In this document: piece after piece, positions 50,113 to 59,398 of the stretch | Layout: each line of letters opens with the position of its first letter | How positions within the stretch are numbered: the stretch's first letter is position 1 | DNA from: Promethearchaeota archaeon | GTDB lineage: Archaea; Asgardarchaeota; Lokiarchaeia; Sigyniarchaeales; SOKP01 | NCBI GenBank assembly: GCA_016839555.1 | Contig: JAEOUA010000006.1 | Span: 480,001-544,000 of the forward strand | Length of the DNA stretch: 64,000 bases | Direction: 5' to 3' | The notes under the pieces: model-generated | Database searches by the model: none | Seen by the model: the letters and a program-made list of their open reading frames with translations, nothing else | What the model was told of the DNA's origin: nothing | Program-made: the position numbers and the translations under genes

Positions 50113-53100
50113 TTATGTTTCAGAGGGTATATCCTCTTTTTCAAGCAATTTTTTAGCTTCCTCTTGTAAATCTATGCTAAAAATATCTGTTATTCCACTC
50201 TGTGGCATGGATACACCATAAATTCTGTCCGCATTCACAATATTCTCTTCTCTATGGCTTATTATTAAAAATTGTGCTTGAGAGGCAAACTCCTTTATTA
50301 ACATAGATACACGGTGTACATTTGGACCATCTAAGGCCGCATCAATCTCGTCCATTATGTAAAATGGTGCTGGGAGGAATTCCTGTACAGCAAATATAAA
50401 TGAAAGTGCCACCAACGTTTTTTCTCCTCCACTTAATATTTCTAAACTTGAAATCTTCTTTCCTCTGGGACGAGCTTCAATGCTAACACCCCCCTCAAAT
50501 GGTGAGTCTGGGCGATCTAAAATCATTTTTGCTGATCCTCCTGGAGAAAGCTTTTGAAAAATGCCGGAAAATTCTCTATTTATTTCATGATAAGATTTCA
50601 TAAAAGTTTGGGTTTTTTCTAATTCAATTTTATCGATAGCATCTAAAATTGATTTTCTTTCTCTCTGAATTGTTTGTCTTCTCATATCAATTTCATCAAA
50701 TCTTTCTTTAACTGTATCATATTCTTTAATCGCCTTTAGGTTTACCGGTTCTAATGCTTTTTTACGATTTATTGCTTCTTTAATATCTTCTTCTAGTTTT
50801 TTTTCCGTAATTTCGCTAGTTATTCGAGGAAGCGCCCCAAAATCCTTTGATCGTTGATATAAAGTTTCAATTTGATCATTAATAATAATTTTTTTCGACT
50901 CCAAGTTATTTATCTTTGAATTTTCCATTGACAGATCAGATTTTAAATCCGTATAGACTTTTTGATAGGATTTTTGTTTTTCCCAAGACTCATCTTTATT
51001 GTGTATTAATTCATCAATTTCTACTTCCTTTTCTTCCTTTTTAGATTTTACTTGTTCAATACCTTTTAAATTTTCATTAATTTCTTTATTTAAATCTTGA
51101 ATTTGAGTTTGGGTTTGTTCAATCTCTTTAGTAAGAGAAATTATTTTTTCTTCTCTTTCTTGATTTTTTTTAAGGTTGTTTATCTCATTTTGGATATTTT
51201 GAAGGTCAATATTAAACTTATTTAAGCTCTCTTGAGCATTTTTTTGGGTTTCAATTTCCTTTTTCTTGTCTTTCCTTATCTCATCAATTTCTTTTTGCTT
51301 TCTATTTACATCTTCTTCAAGAGTTTGTACTTTTTGTCTTAAATTCTTAATAATATTTTCGCTTTCCGCAATCTTTTCCTCAGAATTAAGATTTTCTTTT
51401 TCTAATTCTTCTACTGAATTAATTATTCTCTGAATATTTTGTAAAGATCTCAATTTATCCAAAATTTTTTCTAAGTCCTTGTTTTTTTCATCAATTTGAG
51501 TTTGCAATATATCATTTATTTCCCAGAACTTCTCTTTTTCAGTATTTAAATCTTCTATTTTTTGTTCTATTTCTTCTTTTTGAGTCTTAAGAGTATTTAT
51601 TTTCTCCTCTGTATCATTTATAAGCCCTTTTTTATTTTCAATTGAATCCTTAAAATTTTGTATACTTTGATCTAGTTCTTCAATATTTTCAAATAAATTT
51701 TGGATACCTTTTAAATCCTGCAATTTGATTTGAATGTTTTGTAATATATTTTGTTTATCTTCTATTTTCTTCTGAATCTCTGAAATATTATTCCAATTTT
51801 GGTCTTTTAACTCTTTTAATTCTGCAATTGCTTGGTTTTTTTCTTCTTTCTCCTTTTGTTTTTGATTAATTAATTCATTTCTGTTATTTATCTCAATCTG
51901 ATATTTCTTAATTTTTTCTTTTAACTCATTAATTTTATTCTCAATGTCTTCTAAATTATTCTTTTTTACCGTGAGATCTGTAGAGTGGTGATCCATTTTA
52001 ATATTTAATTCAGATATTTGTTTCTCAACATCATTTATTTCATTCTCCTGAGTTTTTACATTTTCATTAATCTCATCTAATTGTCCATAGAGATCTTGAC
52101 TTTTTGACATAGTTAATTTTCTTAAGGAGATATGAATATTTTCTAGTATTTCCATTAGGTCTTGTACGAAATTATCAAAATTTGAAGTAGAATCTTGAAT
52201 AGCAATGTCAACAGAATCTTTAACCCTATAAATCAATTGTTCTATTGTTTGATCAGCATTTTCAGTAAATAGAGATAATGTTTTTAGTATGGAATCTAAT
52301 TTTTCTCTCATCTCTCTTATTTCATCACCTTCTTCACTCACTTCTTCAATTGATTTCATCATCTCGATAACGTCTAACAAAAAATTTTCAAAATTTTCTG
52401 CAGACATTTCAATTGCTTCTGAATTTGATTGTTGAATATTACTTTTTATTGATTCAACAGAAATATTTATGTTTTGAGTTAGCATGTTTAAAATTTGGAG
52501 TATACCTTTTATATCTTCTTTGTCTCTATCATATTCTTGCTCAGCTCTCTCTATTCGAGCCTTTGTTCTTTCTTTTTCAGAATTTAAGCTCTCAAGGCGG
52601 TTAAGAACATTATCTTTTCTATTATTAAAATTTAGTGTTTTTTCTTCAATAGTTCGAATATTTTTTTCTAAATCTTCTATACTTAATGCTAAATGGTTTT
52701 TATTTCGATTTAAATCAGTTAATTCTTTAGAAAAGAGATTTATTTTAGTATTTATGTTACTAATTTTTGCCTCGTTATCTTTAATTTCAGACAAAATTGT
52801 ATTTTGCTGCATTTTAAGAAGCTCTAAATTTTTTTCATTTTCTTTATACTTAAAATTCGCATCATTCACATTTTTTCTAAGTTCTTCGATCTTATTGTTG
52901 ATTTCATTCCTCTCTTCAATTAAGTTTTTAATAGTGGTTTCAACTTTTTTTCCTTCGACTAAATCTTTAATTTTTTGTTCAATTTGTTCTCTTTTTATTT
53001 TATTTTTTTCGATATTTTCCTTATATAATTTAATTTCTGTATTAATTGAAGATAAAGTGGATTGTAGTTCGGCGATTGTTGCATTTAGTTGATTTTTTCT

Positions 53101-54558
53101 TTCTTGTTGTGAATTTATATTATTTTCAAGTGTTTTTCTTTTAGAATTCTCCTCAGATAATGAAGTTTTAATTTCTTCGATTTCTTTTCTGATTTTATTT
53201 TCTATTTCTTTAGTTTTGTTAATGGCATCCTCGATACTCTCTGATTCTCCTTTTAACTTATTTAATTCTTCTTCTAGTTTTCGCTTTTTATTTTGATTAT
53301 TTTCTATATTTTCTCTCAAAACATTGATACTTGCTTCTTGGGAAGATATCTCTTGTTTTAGATTAGATATTTCATTTAAAATGTTTGCTTTTTTCTCTTC
53401 TTCAAAATTAATTTTTTCATCTAATTGTGCTTGATTCTTTTGTGTATTTTCAATTTCTTTTTTCAATTCTTCTATTTTTAGTTCAATAGACTCACTTTTT
53501 TTCTTTGCCTCTTCAATAAGAGTTTCATATGTTTGATTTTGTTCTAATTTCATCTGAAGAGCTTCTGCTTTTTCTTTTTCCTTTTCTAATTTATTCACAG
53601 TTTTATTAGCAAGATCAAGTTTAGTTTCATTAGCAGATAATTCCGTCTTAATTTGAGTAATTTTATTGTTTATTTCATCTCTTTCTTTTTCTTTTTCATT
53701 AACTAAACCCTGAATCTTCTCCATTATTATAGATTCTTGATCCAAGAGCGCTTTTTGATGTTTAATTTTTTCTTCTAATTCTTCAATGATTTTTTTAGAA
53801 TCCTCAATATTTTTTCCTAAATCATCTTCTTCTTCTCTTAATTTTGATATTTTTAATGCAATTAATTTTGCATTCAAATCTGAAATCGTTTTCTCTAAAT
53901 CTTTCCAAGCTAATGCATCATTTTTTTCTTTTTCAACTTTTTTTAATTGAGAAGAGACTTCTTTAAAAATTGCTTGAAATTGTCCTAATTCTCTTTCAGC
54001 TTTTTCTAACTCCTTCAATGTCTCATCTTTCATATCATCATATTTCTGCAGACCAATTAATTCTTCAATAAACTGTCTTCTTTCTTCAGTATTCATATGG
54101 GTTAATTCCACAATTTTCCCTTGTAAAACAAATTGATTTGAGCCATCGGGATCAATATTTGCTGACGCTAAAACATCAAGAATTTGTTGTCTGGTAGCCA
54201 TTTTCCCATTCATTTTATATTTATTCCCCTTATCTCTTCTTACCACTCTAGTTATTTGAAATTCATCAGTCCCTCCTGGAAAAATCCCTTCACTATTGTC
54301 AAAATAAAGGGTTACAGAAGCTTTATTTACAGGTTTATAACCTTTTGACCCAGCGAAAATTAAATCTGCGAGTTTTTCTGCCCTCATAGTTTTTTTTGAA
54401 AGCCTCCCTAAAGCAAAACATAAAGCATCTATAATATTGCTTTTCCCAGCACCATTAGGTCCAACAATACAAGTAAATCCCGGTGAAAGTTTTATCGTAA
54501 CTGTTCTATCTCCGAAAGATTTAAAGCCGGTCATACTTATCCGCTTGATATATGTCAA
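50113..54558 (-). CDS. smc: Chromosome segregation ATPase Smc, long form lacking a canonical hinge
   Basis: GFKSF, GPNGAGKSN, Q-loop VLQG, PVNLKAI, LSGGEK, IMDEIDAALD, ISH; TTG start after AAGGAG. Confidence 0.93.
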   Translation of the reverse strand: MTYIKRISMTGFKSFGDRTVTIKLSPGFTCIVGPNGAGKSNIIDALCFALGRLSKKTMRAEKLADLIFAGSKGYKPVNKASVTLYFDNSEGIFPGGTDEFQITRVVRRDKGNKYKMNGKMATRQQILDVLASANIDPDGSNQFVLQGKIVELTHMNTEERRQFIEELIGLQKYDDMKDETLKELEKAERELGQFQAIFKEVSSQLKKVEKEKNDALAWKDLEKTISDLNAKLIALKISKLREEEDDLGKNIEDSKKIIEELEEKIKHQKALLDQESIIMEKIQGLVNEKEKERDEINNKITQIKTELSANETKLDLANKTVNKLEKEKEKAEALQMKLEQNQTYETLIEEAKKKSESIELKIEELKKEIENTQKNQAQLDEKINFEEEKKANILNEISNLKQEISSQEASINVLRENIENNQNKKRKLEEELNKLKGESESIEDAINKTKEIENKIRKEIEEIKTSLSEENSKRKTLENNINSQQERKNQLNATIAELQSTLSSINTEIKLYKENIEKNKIKREQIEQKIKDLVEGKKVETTIKNLIEERNEINNKIEELRKNVNDANFKYKENEKNLELLKMQQNTILSEIKDNEAKISNINTKINLFSKELTDLNRNKNHLALSIEDLEKNIRTIEEKTLNFNNRKDNVLNRLESLNSEKERTKARIERAEQEYDRDKEDIKGILQILNMLTQNINISVESIKSNIQQSNSEAIEMSAENFENFLLDVIEMMKSIEEVSEEGDEIREMREKLDSILKTLSLFTENADQTIEQLIYRVKDSVDIAIQDSTSNFDNFVQDLMEILENIHISLRKLTMSKSQDLYGQLDEINENVKTQENEINDVEKQISELNIKMDHHSTDLTVKKNNLEDIENKINELKEKIKKYQIEINNRNELINQKQKEKEEKNQAIAELKELKDQNWNNISEIQKKIEDKQNILQNIQIKLQDLKGIQNLFENIEELDQSIQNFKDSIENKKGLINDTEEKINTLKTQKEEIEQKIEDLNTEKEKFWEINDILQTQIDEKNKDLEKILDKLRSLQNIQRIINSVEELEKENLNSEEKIAESENIIKNLRQKVQTLEEDVNRKQKEIDEIRKDKKKEIETQKNAQESLNKFNIDLQNIQNEINNLKKNQEREEKIISLTKEIEQTQTQIQDLNKEINENLKGIEQVKSKKEEKEVEIDELIHNKDESWEKQKSYQKVYTDLKSDLSMENSKINNLESKKIIINDQIETLYQRSKDFGALPRITSEITEKKLEEDIKEAINRKKALEPVNLKAIKEYDTVKERFDEIDMRRQTIQRERKSILDAIDKIELEKTQTFMKSYHEINREFSGIFQKLSPGGSAKMILDRPDSPFEGGVSIEARPRGKKISSLEILSGGEKTLVALSFIFAVQEFLPAPFYIMDEIDAALDGPNVHRVSMLIKEFASQAQFLIISHREENIVNADRIYGVSMPQSGITDIFSIDLQEEAKKLLEKEDIPSET

Positions 54559-54733
54559 ATTAATCTCCTTGGTAAAATAATTTATTACACTTTATAAATA
54601 AAAAAAACTATAAATTTTTTTATATTATTAAATCGGATTTAACAATTTTTAACTATCCATTATAAAAAATAAAATGGCTATTAAAAAAATTAATTATAAT
54701 CCTCTGAGAGTTTTCTGCTTAATACTCTTCAAA

Positions 54734-55933
54734 TCAATTAAATTTACCAAAAGCAGCATCCAAAACTATTTTTAATTTTTTAGGATCTATCGCCATAAAA
54801 TACAAATTATTAAGAAATTCAGTTTCTAATATAATATTTTGAGTTTTTAAATCATGTTTTTTAGAGGGACAAATGATTCCCAGCCCTATAAGTTTAGAAA
54901 TTAATTGGACAAATTCCTCCAATTTTTTATCATATTCTAATGATTCACAAGAAATAAAATAAATTTCTCGTAACTCCTTTAAAGAGATATAATAATTATA
55001 ATTTTTATTTATGAAATAATTTGAGAGATTATCTAAAAAGAGTTTGGTTAAAATATCCTCCTCCTCCACATAATTAAGTAGATTAAATTCATCAACATTT
55101 TTAATTGAATCAAAATGATTCTCACAAATTTCTAACATCATATTATATTGAATAGAATCTTTTTTTTGAAGAAGGGGGTAAAGATCTCTCAAAATATTTA
55201 TTCCAGGTCCAGGTATAGGCACATAATTATCTAAAATTAAATCTGTCATAAAATAAATTAGATCATTGTCAATTTGATGAGTGAAAGTTAAATGAACACG
55301 CTGTTGAAATATAGCTAAAAGCTGTTTATAGGTAAAATAATTTAATTTTCGTTTAATATCATAATTTGAAATTAGATCTAAAGCGGAAGATCGTAAAACT
55401 TTATTAAAAGTTGAGATAATGCTTATATTTGATTCTTTCCCGAAAGTAAGAAATTTTTTTTGAGTTAATGGTTCTAAATATTCTGAATTATTAAAAATTA
55501 AGAGGATATTTTTATCAATTTTTTTGCATATTAACTTAAAAACACTCCATAATCGTGAAATTTCTGAATGAATAAGACTATCAATACTTAAATTAGTTTC
55601 TAAGTCAATAATTAAAGTTGTGATCAAAGAAAAAATAAGCTCTTCAGGGGTTTTATCTTTACAATCAATATTTATTTTAAAAAAATCATTTACATGATTC
55701 TCCTTTTGAATAAGATCTTCTAATACTTTATTAACGATTGTTTTTTTGCCAATTCCCTCTATTCCTTGATACAATATATTAATACTATATTGATCTGAAA
55801 ATGAATCATTTAGAATTGAAAAAAGAGAATTTTGTTCTTTTTTACGAAATAATATTTTTGGAGGAACATAGAGAGGATTAAATAGAGCTGCGGGTCCAAC
55901 ATAATCTTGATTATATTTCTTTTTAAGAATCAT
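54734..55933 (-). CDS. Orc1/Cdc6-like AAA+ protein with degenerate ATPase motifs
   Basis: FNPLYVPPKILFR (Cdc6 YvP..l.hR), GIEGIGKK, INIDC, LLIFNNSE in place of hhhhDE, C-terminal WH-like region. Confidence 0.75.
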   Translation of the reverse strand: MILKKKYNQDYVGPAALFNPLYVPPKILFRKKEQNSLFSILNDSFSDQYSINILYQGIEGIGKKTIVNKVLEDLIQKENHVNDFFKINIDCKDKTPEELIFSLITTLIIDLETNLSIDSLIHSEISRLWSVFKLICKKIDKNILLIFNNSEYLEPLTQKKFLTFGKESNISIISTFNKVLRSSALDLISNYDIKRKLNYFTYKQLLAIFQQRVHLTFTHQIDNDLIYFMTDLILDNYVPIPGPGINILRDLYPLLQKKDSIQYNMMLEICENHFDSIKNVDEFNLLNYVEEEDILTKLFLDNLSNYFINKNYNYYISLKELREIYFISCESLEYDKKLEEFVQLISKLIGLGIICPSKKHDLKTQNIILETEFLNNLYFMAIDPKKLKIVLDAAFGKFN

Positions 55934-56069
55934 ATTTTATAATTTTTTATTTTTAATATCATCTCCAAAAAAAAGTATTTAAATCACACGGAGAGAGGGG
56001 GGTGATTGGAAGTAAAAATATCTTTTGTCATGAAATTCTTATGAGTTAAATAATGAAAAATAATGGTTT

Positions 56070-56894
56070 TTAGCAGACTTTTGAAATTTTAATATTTTCT
56101 TTGTCTATTTTTTCTTTTAATCGAAATTTTCTGAGTTTTCTAGGAAAAAATAAATCTATATTATCATAAACATAACCACTATGTGGTGGGCCTTCTTTAA
56201 TAATTAGTTTAGATGGTGTAATTGCCCCATTCTCAAATGATATTATTTTACTTTGACCAAGAAATTTTCTAATATTTTGGATCTTAATAGTTCCAACAGT
56301 ATTACATGCCATAACAGGTATTCTATTTTCAAGAGCTCTCGCTTGAAGATAAATATTCCAATTATATAGCCCCTCTTCTCTTATTTGTGTAGGAGAGATT
56401 AGAATGTCGGCACCATTTTCAGCCGCAAGTCGGGGGGTTTCATAAAATGCCATATCAAAGCATATCAGAATTGCGAAAGAAAAATTTTTAAATTTAAATA
56501 TTTTTAATTCTTTTCCTGGCTGAAAATATTTTAATTCATAAGTATAAAGATGAATTTTATCTTGTCTTCCAATTTCTTCCCCTTTAGAATCAAAAATATA
56601 ACATGTTATATATTTTTTTTCGCCTTCTTTCTCATTTCTCTTTTCCCATATCGCTCCTGATAAAAGATTAATTCTATATTTTTTGGCTAATTTTTTTATT
56701 AGTAAATAATCAGGTCCTCTTTCCAATTGAAAATTATTTACGAAATTCATATCTAAAGGAACCCATCTTTCTGGTAAACAAATTATATCTGGTTTTTGAT
56801 CCTCTTCTAATAATTCTTGAATTAGATCCTCAACATGAAGATAGCATTCCTCTCTGGTAGGCAAAATTTTTGGTTGAACGCATGCAACATTCAT
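56070..56894 (-). CDS. Carbon-nitrogen hydrolase (nitrilase superfamily)
   Basis: Triad motifs LPE, DKIHL, ICFD; ARALEN. Confidence 0.92.
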   Translation of the reverse strand: MNVACVQPKILPTREECYLHVEDLIQELLEEDQKPDIICLPERWVPLDMNFVNNFQLERGPDYLLIKKLAKKYRINLLSGAIWEKRNEKEGEKKYITCYIFDSKGEEIGRQDKIHLYTYELKYFQPGKELKIFKFKNFSFAILICFDMAFYETPRLAAENGADILISPTQIREEGLYNWNIYLQARALENRIPVMACNTVGTIKIQNIRKFLGQSKIISFENGAITPSKLIIKEGPPHSGYVYDNIDLFFPRKLRKFRLKEKIDKENIKISKVC

Positions 56895-56906
56895 ATTTTT
56901 ATCGCA

Positions 56907-57641
56907 CTATTTCTTATTTAATTCCTCAATTATTGAAAATATTTCATTTAGATTTTTTATTTCAAAATCAGGTTTAAGATCTATAGGTTTTTCTATTTCT
57001 GGTTTTAAATAATCGTATTTGCCTCCTCTATGAATATAAACGGTATTGATCCTATTTTTTCGAGCGGGAACGATATCTTTTTCTAATCTATCACCGATGT
57101 ATAATGTTTCTTGTCCTTTTACTCCAAACTTTCTTAAACAAAATTCAAATAATTTTGGATTAGGTTTTCGAATGCCGAATTGATCAGAAATAACAACCAA
57201 ATCAATTAAATCATCTATATTTAGTCTTAAAATCTTTTCATATTGTTTTTTTGGGAGTCCATCAGAAATTATGGCCGTTTTAATATCGTATTCCTTTAAT
57301 TTCATCAAACAAGGTTTTACATCATCATATAACTTAATTGAATCAATTTTTTCTTTATGATATGCCATAACTGCAGCAGCTACATATTTATCACTTAGAT
57401 TATAAGATATATTAAATCCTTCTTCTACTTCATTTAATCTGCGAATAAAAAGGTCATAGTGAAATGGAAAATTAGAACCATATTCCAAGCAAATTTCCAT
57501 TAAAATTTGTATTGCTTTCTCTCTATCTATTTCTAAACCAAGATTTCTCATAGCATCAATTCCCTTAATCCTCGCTCTCTTAGATAATCCTGTGGAATCG
57601 AAGAGACAATCATCCAAATCAAAACCAACTAGCTTTATCAT
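56907..57641 (-). CDS. HAD-superfamily hydrolase (archaeal subfamily IA)
   Basis: FDLDDCL, ISDG, KP, IGDRLEKD. Confidence 0.92.
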   Translation of the reverse strand: MIKLVGFDLDDCLFDSTGLSKRARIKGIDAMRNLGLEIDREKAIQILMEICLEYGSNFPFHYDLFIRRLNEVEEGFNISYNLSDKYVAAAVMAYHKEKIDSIKLYDDVKPCLMKLKEYDIKTAIISDGLPKKQYEKILRLNIDDLIDLVVISDQFGIRKPNPKLFEFCLRKFGVKGQETLYIGDRLEKDIVPARKNRINTVYIHRGGKYDYLKPEIEKPIDLKPDFEIKNLNEIFSIIEELNKK

Positions 57642-57818
57642 TTTAATATGAATTTCTTAATATAAATTCTTAATTTTTAAAATTAAGAAAATAGACTTAT
57701 ATAAGATAAATTTAATTATTTACGTTTATATATAATCTTTAAGGTTTAATAATCTTTAAAATATATAATCTTAAGATTAAAAAATATAGAGAGAAAGATT
57801 ATAAAAATTAAATAAAAA

Positions 57819-59141
57819 TTGGCGATATTTATTAAAAACATCTGTGCCCTTTCCTATTTTCATAGAAAGATTGGTCCATTAGTATTTTATTCTTATCCCG
57901 AAAATATGTTAGATGATGAATTATCCTGTAGAATTGCCAATATAATGGATCAACAATTTATAGAAGGATTTTTTACTCATTCTTTTAAGGAGACAATAAC
58001 TATGAATTATTATTTTGAAATTCAATCTGATTGGGCACGGGGAAACAGAGATATGTTAATGGTGTCTATTATTTTTAACCAGCAACCTAAGACAGATACA
58101 GAAGAAAAAGTTAAAAGCCTCTGCGTAAATTTTTCCCAAAGATTAAAATCAAATGAAGAGATTTACACAGCATTTCATATTAGCGATATTAATAATTTTG
58201 AAGAGGATGAACAGGAATTAATTATTAAGAACAACGAATTGGTAAAATTATGGGTTAAGGAATTATATTGGGCAACTGTGGAAGTCACGAGGGAAAAGAC
58301 AGAGGAAGAGAGATTAGCAAGTATTTTAAGTAAACGTCATATATTTTTAATTATAAAAAAGCTTACAAAAGGTCCTTTACCCTTAGAATGGTTAAAAGAT
58401 TGGTTTCAAGAACATTTTCCAGATGAAGATTTTGACAAAATGATCGATACTTTGGTAGAAAGACAGCTCATTTTCATAAATCAAATAGGAATTGTGGAAA
58501 AATATGTATTATTATTGAAGGAAGTTAATGCAGAACGTATTCCTCCTGATAATATTATTGAATATATAGATGAAATTCCAGAATTAATCGGCTTAATTCT
58601 TCCTAAAGTTCAAAAATATTTTAGTAATTATGAACAAAAAAGTGAAGATGATTTAAAAGAAGATGCTTTTCTGCTTTTTCAAATTATTTCTGATCCAAAA
58701 ATGTATAATGTTCTCTCTGAATTGAGAAATAGCCTTATTCCCAGAGATAAATTACCTAAATTGATTTCTAAAAGAGATCTCACTGCATTAAGCAGAGTAT
58801 TAGATCATTTGAAAAATAATGATATAATTGAAGAATTAAAATTTAAAGATGAAAGATATATTATCTTAAAAACTAATTTGCAAATAACTACTGCCTTTCC
58901 AGAATATTTAAGAAAACTATTGCCCAAAGAAACTATTCCCGTAATTGCAAATCCTTTTAGCACAAAAATAGAAGAAAAAGAAAGACAAAAGGAAATTGCT
59001 GAAATACTAAAAGATGCGAGAAAAGAAAAAAAAAATACGAAAGAAGAAAGGATTACCCACTTTCTAGAAAATTTGGCATCTAAATCAAAAGACGCTAAAG
59101 AATATACAAATTCGGGACAAAGTAAAAAAGAACATAAATAA
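57819..59141 (+). CDS. Longin/uDENN-domain protein (folliculin/SMCR8/NPRL2-like) with probable winged-helix repeats
   Basis: LSYFHRKIGPLVFYSYP and YFEIQSDWARGNRDMLMVSI motifs; two WH-like segments ending LVERQLI..YVLLL and LKNNDII..YIILK. Confidence 0.7.
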   Translation: MAIFIKNICALSYFHRKIGPLVFYSYPENMLDDELSCRIANIMDQQFIEGFFTHSFKETITMNYYFEIQSDWARGNRDMLMVSIIFNQQPKTDTEEKVKSLCVNFSQRLKSNEEIYTAFHISDINNFEEDEQELIIKNNELVKLWVKELYWATVEVTREKTEEERLASILSKRHIFLIIKKLTKGPLPLEWLKDWFQEHFPDEDFDKMIDTLVERQLIFINQIGIVEKYVLLLKEVNAERIPPDNIIEYIDEIPELIGLILPKVQKYFSNYEQKSEDDLKEDAFLLFQIISDPKMYNVLSELRNSLIPRDKLPKLISKRDLTALSRVLDHLKNNDIIEELKFKDERYIILKTNLQITTAFPEYLRKLLPKETIPVIANPFSTKIEEKERQKEIAEILKDARKEKKNTKEERITHFLENLASKSKDAKEYTNSGQSKKEHK

Positions 59142-59230
59142 TAGACTAACATAAAGAAAATGTTATTCTATTGCTCATTGAGATGTCAGAAAAAGGATTA
59201 GAAAAAGACAATAATCATTTTAAAAATAAA

Positions 59231-59307
59231 TGACATCAGTTTGGGGCAACACATTCATTGTTATGAGCAATAACTCTTTTATATTGTCACAAGCTCATCA
59301 TCTGTCA
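59231..59307 (-). ncRNA. Box C/D guide sRNA, predicted target 23S rRNA G2251 (E. coli numbering)
   Basis: TGACA-G-ATGATGA(C box)...GTGTTGCCCCAAA-CTGA(D box)-TGTCA with 5-bp terminal stem, upstream BRE/TATA-like element, downstream T-tract. Confidence 0.8.
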
Positions 59308-59327
59308 TCTGTCAAAATCAATTAATA

Positions 59328-59342
59328 TTTATTAACTTTTTG
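59328..59342 (-). promoter_or_regulatory. BRE + TATA-like promoter of the C/D sRNA
   Basis: CAAAAAG-TTAATAAA; the TATA-like part lies 21-28 nt upstream of the sRNA 5' stem. Confidence 0.5.
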
Positions 59343-59398
59343 TTAAAATTTAAAAAAGAGTGTTTATTTTTCTCCTTTCTGTTGGTTATTAAAATATT

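Noticed and set aside
59150-59218. Second C/D sRNA (ATGATTA...CTGA...ATGAGCA, minus strand)
   Set aside because: Imperfect C box, no terminal D box or stem, and a low-complexity pyrimidine guide
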